Of a DNA stretch of 64,000 nucleotides, positions 29,478 to 38,293 are shown in pieces. Position numbers and translations under genes: made by a program. The notes beneath the pieces were generated by a model. The model was not told where the DNA came from. It did no database searches and saw only the letters and a program-made list of their open reading frames with translations. This stretch comes from an uncultured Candidatus Saccharibacteria bacterium. GTDB taxonomy: Bacteria; Patescibacteriota; Minisyncoccia; Phycocordibacterales; Phycocordibacteraceae. The DNA lies in NCBI GenBank assembly GCA_964446735.1, contig CAYUQB010000001.1:444460-508459 (forward strand), given 5' to 3'. Every line of letters begins with the position of its first letter. The first letter of the stretch is position 1.

Positions 29478-29779
29478 ATCGCATTCTTTCCCATCTTATA
29501 AAGCTCATACGCGTCTTCCGCTATGGCGACAGCATTCGTCCACAGCGTGATTGGCTTGTCGTCATGCTCATCGCAGGTGTTCTGCTCATAGGAAGTGCGA
29601 GTTGGAGTTATTACCTCTTCGGTCGCATCAGCGGGGGAGATCTCCTCGGAGGACATTCACAAACCGTTGCGCCAGTGGATACAGCGTCACTTGAAACGGT
29701 CCGAGCGGTATTCGAAGCACGGGCGGCAGAGCGCGAACGATATCGTTCTGAGTATCGGTTCGTTGACCCGTCGAAGTAG
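29474..29779 (+). CDS. Small single-TM protein in the pilM operon
   Basis: RDW plus TM, C-terminal DPS; overlaps the stop of the previous gene. Confidence 0.65.
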   Translation: MNRILSHLIKLIRVFRYGDSIRPQRDWLVVMLIAGVLLIGSASWSYYLFGRISGGDLLGGHSQTVAPVDTASLETVRAVFEARAAERERYRSEYRFVDPSK

Positions 29780-29797
29780 CGGCGCTAGGGTAAAGGA

Positions 29798-29869
29798 GCC
29801 CCCATAGCTTAATGGATAAAGCTGCGGACTTCTAAGCCGTCGATGTTGGTTCGATTCCAGCTGGGGGCA
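29798..29869 (+). tRNA. tRNA-Arg(UCU)
   Basis: GCCCCCA acceptor, CT-TCT-AA loop, GTTCGATTC. Confidence 0.9.
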
Positions 29870-29893
29870 CAAGATGATACGCTCCAACAGAAT

Positions 29894-29975
29894 GGGCATG
29901 TGGCGGAATTGGTATACGCGTACGCCTCAGAAGCGTATGGAGCAATCCTTGGAGGTTCGAGTCCTCTCATGCCCA
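29894..29975 (+). tRNA. tRNA-Leu(CAG)
   Basis: TACGC-CT-CAG-AA-GCGTA, variable arm. Confidence 0.93.
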
Positions 29976-29979
29976 CTAG

Positions 29980-30564
29980 TTACGACAAGCGTGACTTGAT
30001 CGTCGCGTTGATCTCACGCAAGCTTTTTTCGTCCTTGAAATCAATGGAACTGCGATCAATATTCAGCACATGAGGATGTGAGGAGAGAAGTGAGCAGTAG
30101 CTTTCCTGGACTGCAAGTGAACGCACCAGCGCCTCCTCATGCTGTTCAGTACTTCGCCCTCGTGTACGGATTGCGTCGCGCAACCATTCGCGTGAGGCAA
30201 CCAGCAAGACTATGAGATCGGAGTCGAGTCCTTGGAGTTTTTGTATTACTTCGCGAAGCAGTACGTGATGCTGTTCTGCCTCAGTCTGCATAATTGCTTC
30301 CGGGCTGAGTGCAGCGCCGTCAACGTATACATCAAGTCCGCTTTCAGAAATGACACGAGCTCGGGAAAGCTGGTTGGAATATCGGTCTACAAAATATTCG
30401 TAGCGTTGCACCGGATCATTGGAGAATACATTCGTGAATATTTCTTCTGGAATGACACCTTCCTCACCTTCAAGAAAGGCAGGCATGCCATTGAGCGCTG
30501 CCAACTGAGCAACAAGAAACGATTTGCCTACTCCCGACGTACCAACGATGGAGATAACGGCCAT
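29980..30564 (-). CDS. P-loop kinase, deoxynucleoside kinase-like
   Basis: ISIVGTSGVGKS P-loop at the N-terminus, IRTRGRSTE lid motif. Confidence 0.75.
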   Translation of the reverse strand: MAVISIVGTSGVGKSFLVAQLAALNGMPAFLEGEEGVIPEEIFTNVFSNDPVQRYEYFVDRYSNQLSRARVISESGLDVYVDGAALSPEAIMQTEAEQHHVLLREVIQKLQGLDSDLIVLLVASREWLRDAIRTRGRSTEQHEEALVRSLAVQESYCSLLSSHPHVLNIDRSSIDFKDEKSLREINATIKSRLS

Positions 30565-30565
30565 G

Positions 30566-30638
30566 TGCGCGCTGTAGGACTCGAACCTACGACCATCCCG
30601 GTGTAAACGGGGCGCTCTACCAACTGAGCTAAGCGCGC
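30566..30638 (-). tRNA. tRNA-Val(UAC)
   Basis: GCGCGCT acceptor, TT-TAC-AC loop. Confidence 0.93.
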
Positions 30639-30677
30639 GTGTTTGAACCATAGCGCACCTGGGGTATTTTTTGAAGG

Positions 30678-30953
30678 ATGGAGCGACTCTATGTCATTGT
30701 CGGAGGACGGGTGCAAATGGTGATGTATCGGGACTTTACGCAGCGCAAGGCAAGCGCTCTGGGACTCACCGGCTTCGTTCGCAATCTTCGAGACGGTACG
30801 GTGGAGGTGCTCGCTGAAGGGTCGCGCGAAAGACTTGAGCGCTTACTTTCGAAACTTGAACGAGGACCCCTCCTGGCCCACGTAGAACAACTAAACGTGT
30901 CGTGGCTTCCAGCGACCGGTGAATTCACGAAGTTCCGTATCGCATACGAGTAG
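30678..30953 (+). CDS. acyP: Acylphosphatase
   Basis: GRVQxVxYR, GFVRNLxDGTVE. Confidence 0.92.
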   Translation: MERLYVIVGGRVQMVMYRDFTQRKASALGLTGFVRNLRDGTVEVLAEGSRERLERLLSKLERGPLLAHVEQLNVSWLPATGEFTKFRIAYE

Positions 30954-30968
30954 TGCTAGGGTAAGGGC

Positions 30969-31709
30969 ATGAACCTACCCATTCTCTATGAGGATGCCGA
31001 CGTTGTTGCGGTCGATAAGCCCGCGGGCGTGATGACACACCCGGATGGACGATCACCCGAAGAAACCGCAAGCGACTGGTTTCGTAATCGCTACCCGCAG
31101 AGTGCATCGGTAGGGGAAGTACAGCGACTACAAGACGGAACCGAACTGCCTCGTCCTGGCGTCGTACATCGACTCGATCGCGAAACATCGGGAGTACTCA
31201 TCTTTGCAAAGACTCAAGAAGCACACGCTGCACTCAAGCATGCGTTCCAGTCGCACGATGCCAAGAAAACCTATCTGGCGTTCGTGTATGGTGTACCGAA
31301 AGAACGTCGCGGAGTGATTGATTTTCCCATTGGACGCTCGAATAAGGATTTCCGACTCCGAAGCGCTCAACCGAAAGCGCGCGGTACGTTGCGTGAAGCC
31401 GTCACCCGCTGGGAAACCATTTCTGACATTGGCACACACGCACTCTTGAGGGTCATGCCGGAAACTGGTCGTACCCACCAGATCCGCGTGCATCTGAAAG
31501 CCATTCATCACCCAGTGGTCTGCGACCCGCTCTATGCTCCAAACAAGAGCTGCGATCTTGGATTTGATCGCGTGGGACTCCATGCATATGAGCTCGCTAT
31601 CTTGCTTCCATCAGGAGACAGGAAAACTATTCGGGCATATCCACCGCCTAATCTTGCCGCTGCTATGGAGCGATTCCCGGAAACCAAGGAATTTCTTGCC
31701 CCGATGTAG
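30969..31709 (+). CDS. RluA/RluD family pseudouridine synthase
   Basis: VDKPAG, HRLDRETSG, TGRTHQIRVH. Confidence 0.95.
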   Translation: MNLPILYEDADVVAVDKPAGVMTHPDGRSPEETASDWFRNRYPQSASVGEVQRLQDGTELPRPGVVHRLDRETSGVLIFAKTQEAHAALKHAFQSHDAKKTYLAFVYGVPKERRGVIDFPIGRSNKDFRLRSAQPKARGTLREAVTRWETISDIGTHALLRVMPETGRTHQIRVHLKAIHHPVVCDPLYAPNKSCDLGFDRVGLHAYELAILLPSGDRKTIRAYPPPNLAAAMERFPETKEFLAPM

Positions 31710-31733
31710 GGCTCGTGCTACAGTCCCTGCACT

Positions 31734-32246
31734 ATGCAGGCAGTTATTACTCCCGTTAAGACCGAGGAGCGCGCGAAGCTCGGCATTCGTCCGGGTGACA
31801 CCGTCCGTGTGCACCAGAAGGTCATCGAGAAAGGAAAGACTCGTATTCAGGTATACGAGGGTCTGGTGATCGCGGTAAAGCACGGCACAGAGGCGGGCGG
31901 TACCTTTACGGTACGCGCTACCATGTCCGGCATTGGCGTTGAGAAGATTTTCCCGCTCTACTCTCCGGTCATCGACAAGATCGAGATCGTTCGCCGCTCC
32001 AAGGTACGTCGCGCAAAACTGTACTTCATCCGCGAGAAGGTTGCCCGCGAAGTGCGTCGCCAGCTCCGTAATATGCGCATGATGAATATCTCCACTGACG
32101 ACTTTAAGGAAGAAGAGAAAGTCGAAGAGCCGTCCCAAGGTGTAGACGAGGCTCCGATTGAGGTGGGGGAGCCAGAGACTCCGGAAGAGGTAGTCGCGGC
32201 AGAAGAAGCCGAGACCATCGAGGAAAAGAAAGAGGAGGCGGCATAG
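31734..32246 (+). CDS. rplS: 50S ribosomal protein L19 with acidic C-terminal extension
   Basis: [30 protein letters not shown]. Confidence 0.96.
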   Translation: MQAVITPVKTEERAKLGIRPGDTVRVHQKVIEKGKTRIQVYEGLVIAVKHGTEAGGTFTVRATMSGIGVEKIFPLYSPVIDKIEIVRRSKVRRAKLYFIREKVAREVRRQLRNMRMMNISTDDFKEEEKVEEPSQGVDEAPIEVGEPETPEEVVAAEEAETIEEKKEEAA

Positions 32247-32299
32247 GCCGCCGTTCTCTTTATTTGTTTGGACGCGTGCGCTATAGTGCCGGAACACCT

Positions 32300-32381
32300 G
32301 CCCAGGTGGCGGAATTGGTATACGCGTATGCTTGAGGTGCATATGCCGCAAGGCTTGGAGGTTCGAGTCCTCTCCTGGGCA
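32300..32381 (+). tRNA. tRNA-Leu(GAG)
   Basis: TATGC-TT-GAG-GT-GCATA, variable arm. Confidence 0.93.
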
Positions 32382-32414
32382 CACTGATTGCGAATCCATC
32401 GCGATTCAGTTCAT

Positions 32415-32488
32415 GGCGGCGTTAGCTCAGTTGGTAGAGCTCTTGGTTGTGGTCCAAGTGGTCGTGGGTTCGAGCCCCACACGTCGCC
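32415..32488 (+). tRNA. tRNA-His(GUG)
   Basis: G-1 and C73; CTTGG-TT-GTG-GT-CCAAG. Confidence 0.93.
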
Positions 32489-32504
32489 CCGGTATACTGC
32501 ATAC

Positions 32505-32909
32505 ATGAAAGAATTCTTCTCGGAATTTAAGAAGTTTGCATTGCGAGGGAACGCAATTGACCTGGCGGTTGGTGTTGTCATCGGTGCCGCATTTAATACC
32601 GTGACGAATTCATTGGTCAGTAACGTGCTTACCCCGCCACTCTCACTGCTTACGAAAGGCATCAACTTCGAAGATCTCGCATTCGCTATTCCCAATACCG
32701 GTGCACATATTCAGTACGGCCTCTTTATCCAAGCGGTCATTAGTTTCCTCATCACCGCGTTCGCACTTTTCCTTCTCGTGAAGGCGATGAACCAGATGGC
32801 CGCCGCCGCTCGTAAGGAACAGGTAGAGGGGAAGGCTCCCCAGGAACAGAAATCGGCCGAGCTCATAGTTTTGGAAGACATCCGAGACCAGCTAAAGAAC
32901 CGATCCTAA
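32505..32909 (+). CDS. mscL: Large-conductance mechanosensitive channel
   Basis: EFKKFALRGNAIDLAVGVVIGAAF, YGLFI, LEDIRDQL. Confidence 0.95.
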   Translation: MKEFFSEFKKFALRGNAIDLAVGVVIGAAFNTVTNSLVSNVLTPPLSLLTKGINFEDLAFAIPNTGAHIQYGLFIQAVISFLITAFALFLLVKAMNQMAAAARKEQVEGKAPQEQKSAELIVLEDIRDQLKNRS

Positions 32910-32973
32910 GACTCATTTCCCGACAGAAGTGCGTCACTCATCCGTCAGGAGGGGTGTGCTACCATCCCGTCAT

Positions 32974-33630
32974 ATGAAGCAACTCATCGCAGGCGTTGTC
33001 ATACTGCTCGTCATTGGTATTGGCGGGTTCCTGTATAGGAATGCACTCGAGCGTCCACCGGTAGCTACAAACCCCGAGCCAGTTGCCTGTACGGCTGATG
33101 CACGTGTGTGTCCTGACGGAGCCTCCGTTGGCAGGACCGGACCGAACTGCACGTTCGCAGCATGCCCACCACCAAACGTTGAACTTGGAAGCATTCAGGT
33201 CTCGTTTGCCGTACCGCCAGGCTATACCGAAAATCGTGATGCGCTTGGGGCAGGTCAGGCACTGGTGGCGTATCAAAAACCAGGCATGGGGGGGAGTCGT
33301 CACATAATCGCTATTCGTGCATTCCCCATATCGGGAAGTGCCACGAGTACGATTCTCGCGAACACCATGCTTTCGCCATCCGGACTTCAGCCGAAGTCCA
33401 TGAGCGAGTTCAAGCCCAAGATCATTCAAGGAAGAACCTTTTCCTGCATCACGCTCGAGCGTTTTGAGGGACAGGTGCATACCGCGTGCTATCTCGTGCG
33501 TGCATCCGATGTGCTGCGATTTGAGGTGCTTGAAATGGACGTGGATTGGATGAACCCTGCACTCGTCATTGACCAGCTGCCAGAACATCGAGTGTTCTAT
33601 GGCATGCTTGCGACAATGCAAACACCGTAG
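32974..33630 (+). CDS. Membrane-anchored hypothetical protein with a 4-Cys motif
   Basis: N-terminal TM; CTADARVCPDGASVGRTGPNCTFAACP. Confidence 0.75.
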   Translation: MKQLIAGVVILLVIGIGGFLYRNALERPPVATNPEPVACTADARVCPDGASVGRTGPNCTFAACPPPNVELGSIQVSFAVPPGYTENRDALGAGQALVAYQKPGMGGSRHIIAIRAFPISGSATSTILANTMLSPSGLQPKSMSEFKPKIIQGRTFSCITLERFEGQVHTACYLVRASDVLRFEVLEMDVDWMNPALVIDQLPEHRVFYGMLATMQTP

Positions 33631-33669
33631 CAGGTATACTTATTACATATTCTAACCGACAGTATTTAT

Positions 33670-34470
33670 ATGGACCTTAATCCTTCGCCGACGCTTCTCT
33701 CTGCAAGCCGCCCTGTGCGCTACGCTGCGGTCGCTGCGCTGGCTTTATTGGCTCTGTTTCTCTTCGCTAAAACCATCGCGGTATTTGAGGACCTTGGACG
33801 CACTCAGATTGGGAGCGTCGCAAGCATTACCGTGAGTGGTACCGGCAAAGCCTCTGCCGTTCCGAACATTGCGCACATTAGCTTCACGGTGCAGGAGAAT
33901 GCATCTACCGTTGCCGCTGCACAAGATTCGGCTACGAAGCGGACTGAGAACGCGCTTGCGGCCCTAAAAAAGCTGGGTGTTGAAGATAAAGACATCAAGA
34001 CTTCCGGCTACCAGGTAATGCCGCAGTATGAAAATGCGGCATGTCGTGGCGGGTACTGCCCACCGGACACCTCCAAGATCACTGGCTATCAAGTCATGCA
34101 GTCTATCGAAGTAAAGGTGCGTGACACTGCTAAGGCAGGTGACGTACTCGCTGCACTTGGCGGAGCTGGCGTCCAGAATGTTTCCGGCCCGAACTTCATG
34201 GTTGACGATGACGCGGTGGTGCAGGCTGAGGCGCGCGGAGAAGCAATCGAAGATGCACGTAAAAAGGCTGAGGTACTTGCCAAGCAGTTGGGTGTCCGTC
34301 TTGGGAAGGTCGTGAGCTTCTCTGAAAGCGGTGGCCCGATGCCGTACTTCGCATACGGGAAGGGAGGAGTAGCGATGGACTCTGCCGTGACGGCACCCGC
34401 CGCTCCACCGCTCCCTACGGGGCAAAACGAGACGACGGTAACCGTCATGATCCAGTACGAAATAAAGTAG
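33670..34470 (+). CDS. SIMPL/DUF541 (YggE-like) periplasmic protein
   Basis: ITVSGTG..VP, DIKT, AIEDARKKAEVLAKQLGVRLG. Confidence 0.9.
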   Translation: MDLNPSPTLLSASRPVRYAAVAALALLALFLFAKTIAVFEDLGRTQIGSVASITVSGTGKASAVPNIAHISFTVQENASTVAAAQDSATKRTENALAALKKLGVEDKDIKTSGYQVMPQYENAACRGGYCPPDTSKITGYQVMQSIEVKVRDTAKAGDVLAALGGAGVQNVSGPNFMVDDDAVVQAEARGEAIEDARKKAEVLAKQLGVRLGKVVSFSESGGPMPYFAYGKGGVAMDSAVTAPAAPPLPTGQNETTVTVMIQYEIK

Positions 34471-34599
34471 GGATCATATCCGAAACCACCACACGCTCCA
34501 TACGGGGCGTGTTTTGGTTTGACAGAGAAATAAGGGCGTACTATCATGCGTTTATCCAAGGCCTGCGGGCCTTTTTTATTAGCGCTTACCTTGGCACTC

Positions 34600-34782
34600 A
34601 TGAAGGCATTTGCGACCTATCTTAAGAACGTCCGCGCCGAAATGGCACACGTGGTATGGCCCGACCGCAAACAGGCGGTTCTCCACACGGTGCTCATCAT
34701 TCTTATTTCCGCGTTGCTTGCGATAGTGATTGCCGTGCTCGACTACGCATTCACGGGAGTTGTTTCTCGCATCATCGGCTAA
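34600..34782 (+). CDS. secE: Preprotein translocase SecE
   Basis: EMAHVVWP plus TM; upstream of nusG. Confidence 0.9.
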   Translation: MKAFATYLKNVRAEMAHVVWPDRKQAVLHTVLIILISALLAIVIAVLDYAFTGVVSRIIG

Positions 34783-34792
34783 TCCTTTGCAT

Positions 34793-35362
34793 ATGGAAAT
34801 AAAATCCGTACCCCAATTCAACGAAGAGGCTGCCAATGCGGAACCACGTTGGTACAGCATCCATACCTACGCTGGATACGAGAACGCGGTCGAACGCAAT
34901 CTCAAGCAGCGTATTGAGTCACTCGGTATGGAGCACAAGATTTTTGAGGTAGTCGTTCCAACCGAAAAGAAGATTCGGGTGAAAGCCGGTAAGCGTATTG
35001 TCGAGGAAGAGAAGATCTATCCGGGGTATATTCTCGTGCGCATGATTGTGGACGAGGACTCCTGGTTTGTCGTACGCAATACACCGCGTGTCACTGGGTT
35101 TGTCGGAAGCGGCACCACCCCGGTTCCTATGGAAGAGAGCGAAGTCACTACGTTGATGAAACGTATGGGCGCCGAGGCCCCCAAACACCGTATTGACCTT
35201 ATGAAAGATGATCCGGTCGTTATTGCCGACGGACCCTTCAAGGACCTTGAAGGAAAGGTGGGCGAGATTGATGAGGAACGCGGCAAGGTGAAGGTGCTCG
35301 TCTCCATGTTTGGCCGCGAGACGCCGGTCGAGCTCGATTTCTTGCAGGTTCGCAAGCTCTAA
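34793..35362 (+). CDS. nusG: Transcription factor NusG
   Basis: WYSIHTYAGYE, YPGY, NTPRVTGFVG, GPF, FGRETPVEL. Confidence 0.97.
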   Translation: MEIKSVPQFNEEAANAEPRWYSIHTYAGYENAVERNLKQRIESLGMEHKIFEVVVPTEKKIRVKAGKRIVEEEKIYPGYILVRMIVDEDSWFVVRNTPRVTGFVGSGTTPVPMEESEVTTLMKRMGAEAPKHRIDLMKDDPVVIADGPFKDLEGKVGEIDEERGKVKVLVSMFGRETPVELDFLQVRKL

Positions 35363-35384
35363 GGTAGGTTAAAGCAACCACGAT

Positions 35385-35807
35385 ATGGCAAAAGCAGTAA
35401 AGAAAATTAAGCTCCAGATTCCGGCGGGTAAAGCGACGCCGGCTCCTCCGGTGGGTACCGTCCTCGGTCCTGCGGGTGTGAACATTGGTGATTTCGTCAA
35501 TAAGTTCAATGAAGCAACCCGTGAACGCATGGGAGAGATCGTGCCGGTTGAGATGACGGTCTATGACGACCGCACCTTCTCGCTCGTCTACAAAGTGTCG
35601 CCCATGTCCCAGCTCATCTTGAAGGCTATTGGAGCAGATAAGGGTTCGGGCAAGACACCGTTTTCTAAAGTAGGAACACTCACGCGTGCGAAGGTTCGTG
35701 AAGTAGCCGAAAAGAAGATGCCTGATCTCTCAGCATCGTCAATCGAGGCTGCAGAGCGTACGGTTGAAGGTACGGCACGTTCCATGGGCGTTACCATCGA
35801 GAAATAA
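35385..35807 (+). CDS. rplK: 50S ribosomal protein L11
   Basis: [18 protein letters not shown]. Confidence 0.97.
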   Translation: MAKAVKKIKLQIPAGKATPAPPVGTVLGPAGVNIGDFVNKFNEATRERMGEIVPVEMTVYDDRTFSLVYKVSPMSQLILKAIGADKGSGKTPFSKVGTLTRAKVREVAEKKMPDLSASSIEAAERTVEGTARSMGVTIEK

Positions 35808-35813
35808 CCCATT

Positions 35814-35852
35814 ACGAAAGAGGCCCTGGCTTCCCGCCAGGGCCTCTTTCGT
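35814..35852 (+). terminator. Intrinsic terminator after rplK
   Basis: acgaaagaggccctggc-ttccc-gccagggcctctttcgt. Confidence 0.85.
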
Positions 35853-35865
35853 TTACTGTGAGCGC

Positions 35866-36609
35866 ATGGAGATAGAGAGCTTCAAAGTAGAAACCTTGCT
35901 TCCACCCAAGGATGATCTGCTCGCAAAAATACGAGCCTCTGCCCTCACTCTCAACGAGCATGATGTCGTTGCGATTTCCTCAAAGGTGGTGGCGATTGGA
36001 GAAGGAAGTGTTATTCCCATGGAAGGGGTGGTGCAGGACGAGTTGATTGCACAAGAATCAGATCAGTATTTAGAGCGTCGTGAGACACCGGGAGGGTTTG
36101 TCATGCACACGCTCAAGAATGGCACACTCATTCCAAATGCCGGTATTGATCCCTTCGCGGGGCATTATGTTCTGTGGCCAAGAGATCCGCAGAATAGTGC
36201 GGATGAACTGCTTGCTTGGTTCAAGACGGAGTATGGGATTGAACACTTATATCTGGTCATCACTGACTCACGGAGTGTGGTACTGCGTCGTGGCGTAGTT
36301 GGTATCGCAATCGCATGGGCAGGATTCGAACCAATCTACGACAACCGAATGCGTACCGATCTTCTCGGTAATCCAAGTAATGGGAGTCAGACCAATATTC
36401 CAGACGCCCTTGCCGCTGCGGCCGTGTACGTCATGGGCGAGGCCAATGAAGGCACGCCGCTCGTACGCATTCGTAATGCGCCGTACGTACAAAAGACACA
36501 GACCGGGCGCAAGAAAGAATTTAATACCTACACGTTCAGTATTGAGGAAGATATCTTTGCACCATTCCTTTCACGTGCACCGTGGAAGCAGGGTGCTACG
36601 GGCGGGTAA
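35866..36609 (+). CDS. CofE-like (F420-0:gamma-glutamyl ligase family) putative folate glutamate ligase, copy 1
   Basis: ISSKVVAIGEG, PNAGID, ITDS..LRRG, DALAAAA..MGExxEGTP. Confidence 0.85.
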   Translation: MEIESFKVETLLPPKDDLLAKIRASALTLNEHDVVAISSKVVAIGEGSVIPMEGVVQDELIAQESDQYLERRETPGGFVMHTLKNGTLIPNAGIDPFAGHYVLWPRDPQNSADELLAWFKTEYGIEHLYLVITDSRSVVLRRGVVGIAIAWAGFEPIYDNRMRTDLLGNPSNGSQTNIPDALAAAAVYVMGEANEGTPLVRIRNAPYVQKTQTGRKKEFNTYTFSIEEDIFAPFLSRAPWKQGATGG

Positions 36610-37099
36610 GGGTAATCCAGCGATACGAAAGTTCCTCAAACGAACGGGTCTCGTCTGAAAGTACTTTGGTAAATTCCTGCTCGTATTCCGGGAAGAAAGC
36701 ATCCCCTTCTTTTTGGTCAGCAATGAGTGTCAGATAGAGCCGGTCAGTATAGGGAAGGGCAGCTTCGTATATTTGCGCGCCACCACCGATGAATATTTCG
36801 TCCGATCCCAGTGCCTGGGCCTGCTCGAGTGCCGCTTCAATCGACGTGGTCGCGATCATGCCTTCATAGGACCAGGTAGGATCGCGCGTCACCACGATAT
36901 TTGTGCGGTTTGGAAGTGGTGCGCCACGAATGGAAAGTATAGAGTCGAAGGTTTTCCTTCCAAAAATGAGTGGATGGTGCTCAGTGAGTTCTCGGAACCG
37001 TCTGAGGTCGTCTGGAATACGCCACAGAAGGTCATTTTCTTTTCCGAGCGCACGGTTCGTACCGATTGCAGCGATTGCAGATACCGGAACATGCTTCAT
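36596..37099 (-). CDS. folA: Dihydrofolate reductase
   Basis: IAA..NRALG, LLWRIPDDL, GRKT, LPNRTNIV, IGGGAQIY, GDAFFP. Confidence 0.96.
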   Translation of the reverse strand: MKHVPVSAIAAIGTNRALGKENDLLWRIPDDLRRFRELTEHHPLIFGRKTFDSILSIRGAPLPNRTNIVVTRDPTWSYEGMIATTSIEAALEQAQALGSDEIFIGGGAQIYEAALPYTDRLYLTLIADQKEGDAFFPEYEQEFTKVLSDETRSFEELSYRWITLTRP

Positions 37100-37113
37100 G
37101 CCGTAAGCCTACC

Positions 37114-37815
37114 TTAGAACCCAGCATTTTTGAAAAGCGGGTAATACATATCCTCTTTTGCGGGCATGATGAGTTCACGATTCGGATGTCGGCTCGTGAA
37201 CGTGACTGGTGCGCCAGTGATAAGGACAAGCGGTTGCCGTTCGTTCCCCTCTCCCATAAGGATGCCAGCAGTAGCAGCAAGGCCGTCAGCAAGATTCGTA
37301 CGCGTCATACGAAGGGATCGACCGAATAAGTCTTTTTTCCCGGCGTATTCACGAAGTCCGGTGAAGCCGGCATATCCGAGCGCAGATCCTGTGACGCCAG
37401 CACGAAGAGGGAGTGGGCAGCTGTCCGTAATGAGGATCCCAAGTTTTTTTCGGCCGTACGCCTTCTTGAGTTTTTTGTGTAGCTCGGCTGCAGACGCGTA
37501 GCTGTCTTTTGGAAGGAGCACTAGTTTTTTATTTGCATTCGATTCATCTATGCCAGCGTTGGCCATGAGCATCCCATCTTTACGGGTGAGCCACACGTAT
37601 TTCGTTTTGAGTGCCGCATCGCTTTCTGATTGTATTCGCTCGTCCTTGGCGCGTTGGGTAGTAAGCGGAACGGTGCGGCCCTCCGCAAGAGCTACTACCT
37701 TTGATGCTATAGCGATGATGCTGTGCTCTGGGACTTCGGGAAGTGCCTGTGTAATGAAAGAAACGAGGTCGTCACCCTCGTGAAAAATGCCGGTATGTAT
37801 CGGGCGAGACTGCAT
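37114..37815 (-). CDS. CofE-like putative folate glutamate ligase, copy 2
   Basis: IASKVVALAEG, ANAGIDESN, ITDS..LRAG, DLFGR, MGEGNERQP. Confidence 0.88.
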   Translation of the reverse strand: MQSRPIHTGIFHEGDDLVSFITQALPEVPEHSIIAIASKVVALAEGRTVPLTTQRAKDERIQSESDAALKTKYVWLTRKDGMLMANAGIDESNANKKLVLLPKDSYASAAELHKKLKKAYGRKKLGILITDSCPLPLRAGVTGSALGYAGFTGLREYAGKKDLFGRSLRMTRTNLADGLAATAGILMGEGNERQPLVLITGAPVTFTSRHPNRELIMPAKEDMYYPLFKNAGF

Positions 37816-37823
37816 GGTAGGGA

Positions 37824-38273
37824 CTATATCACCGGGTCTCCGCATGCATAGAGTGAGAGCGTCTGGTCCGGCAGCACCACTATGACGTAGTCCATGGGCT
37901 GATCCCATGGCTCTTTTGTAAGCGGGGTGGGTGAGAATTGGTGTTCATGACACACACCAATTCGAAGCCAGGCGCCAGGCACGTACGTAAGAAAGCGGTC
38001 ATACCATCCACCCCCTTGGCCATGGCGGGTGCCGAGAGCATCAAAGCGACGTCCAGGAATAAGAAGTGCGGTCGGGTCTCCCTGAGCAACCGCCAGAGTT
38101 GTTTGCGCTTCTTGTACTGGATCGAGTCCAGCTCGGGCCGGTATTTCGTAGGTAGGTATGCCCGTAGGAAGGGTAATCAGGTCAAGAATAGGGACCTCAG
38201 TGCGTAAGGGATGGTAGGTAATGACACAACGCCTGTCCAAAAGGAGCTTGTCAATGTCGGCGCGGGCGCCCAT
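37824..38273 (-). CDS. 5-formyltetrahydrofolate cyclo-ligase (short)
   Basis: PGRRFDxxGTRHGQGGGWYDR, EPWDQPMD. Confidence 0.85.
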   Translation of the reverse strand: MGARADIDKLLLDRRCVITYHPLRTEVPILDLITLPTGIPTYEIPARAGLDPVQEAQTTLAVAQGDPTALLIPGRRFDALGTRHGQGGGWYDRFLTYVPGAWLRIGVCHEHQFSPTPLTKEPWDQPMDYVIVVLPDQTLSLYACGDPVI

Positions 38274-38293
38274 GTGCCGTATACTACCAGGCA

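Noticed and set aside
30565-30651. N-terminal extensions in the ORF track (kinase; also mscL 32388, tsaE 9183, ruvA 16226)
   Set aside because: They read through tRNAs or neighbouring genes; downstream starts fit the domain boundaries better
31611-32399. Long antisense ORFs (also 10353-11258, 27578-28273, 55659-56507 and similar)
   Set aside because: They lie opposite well-supported genes or tRNAs and have no recognisable motifs
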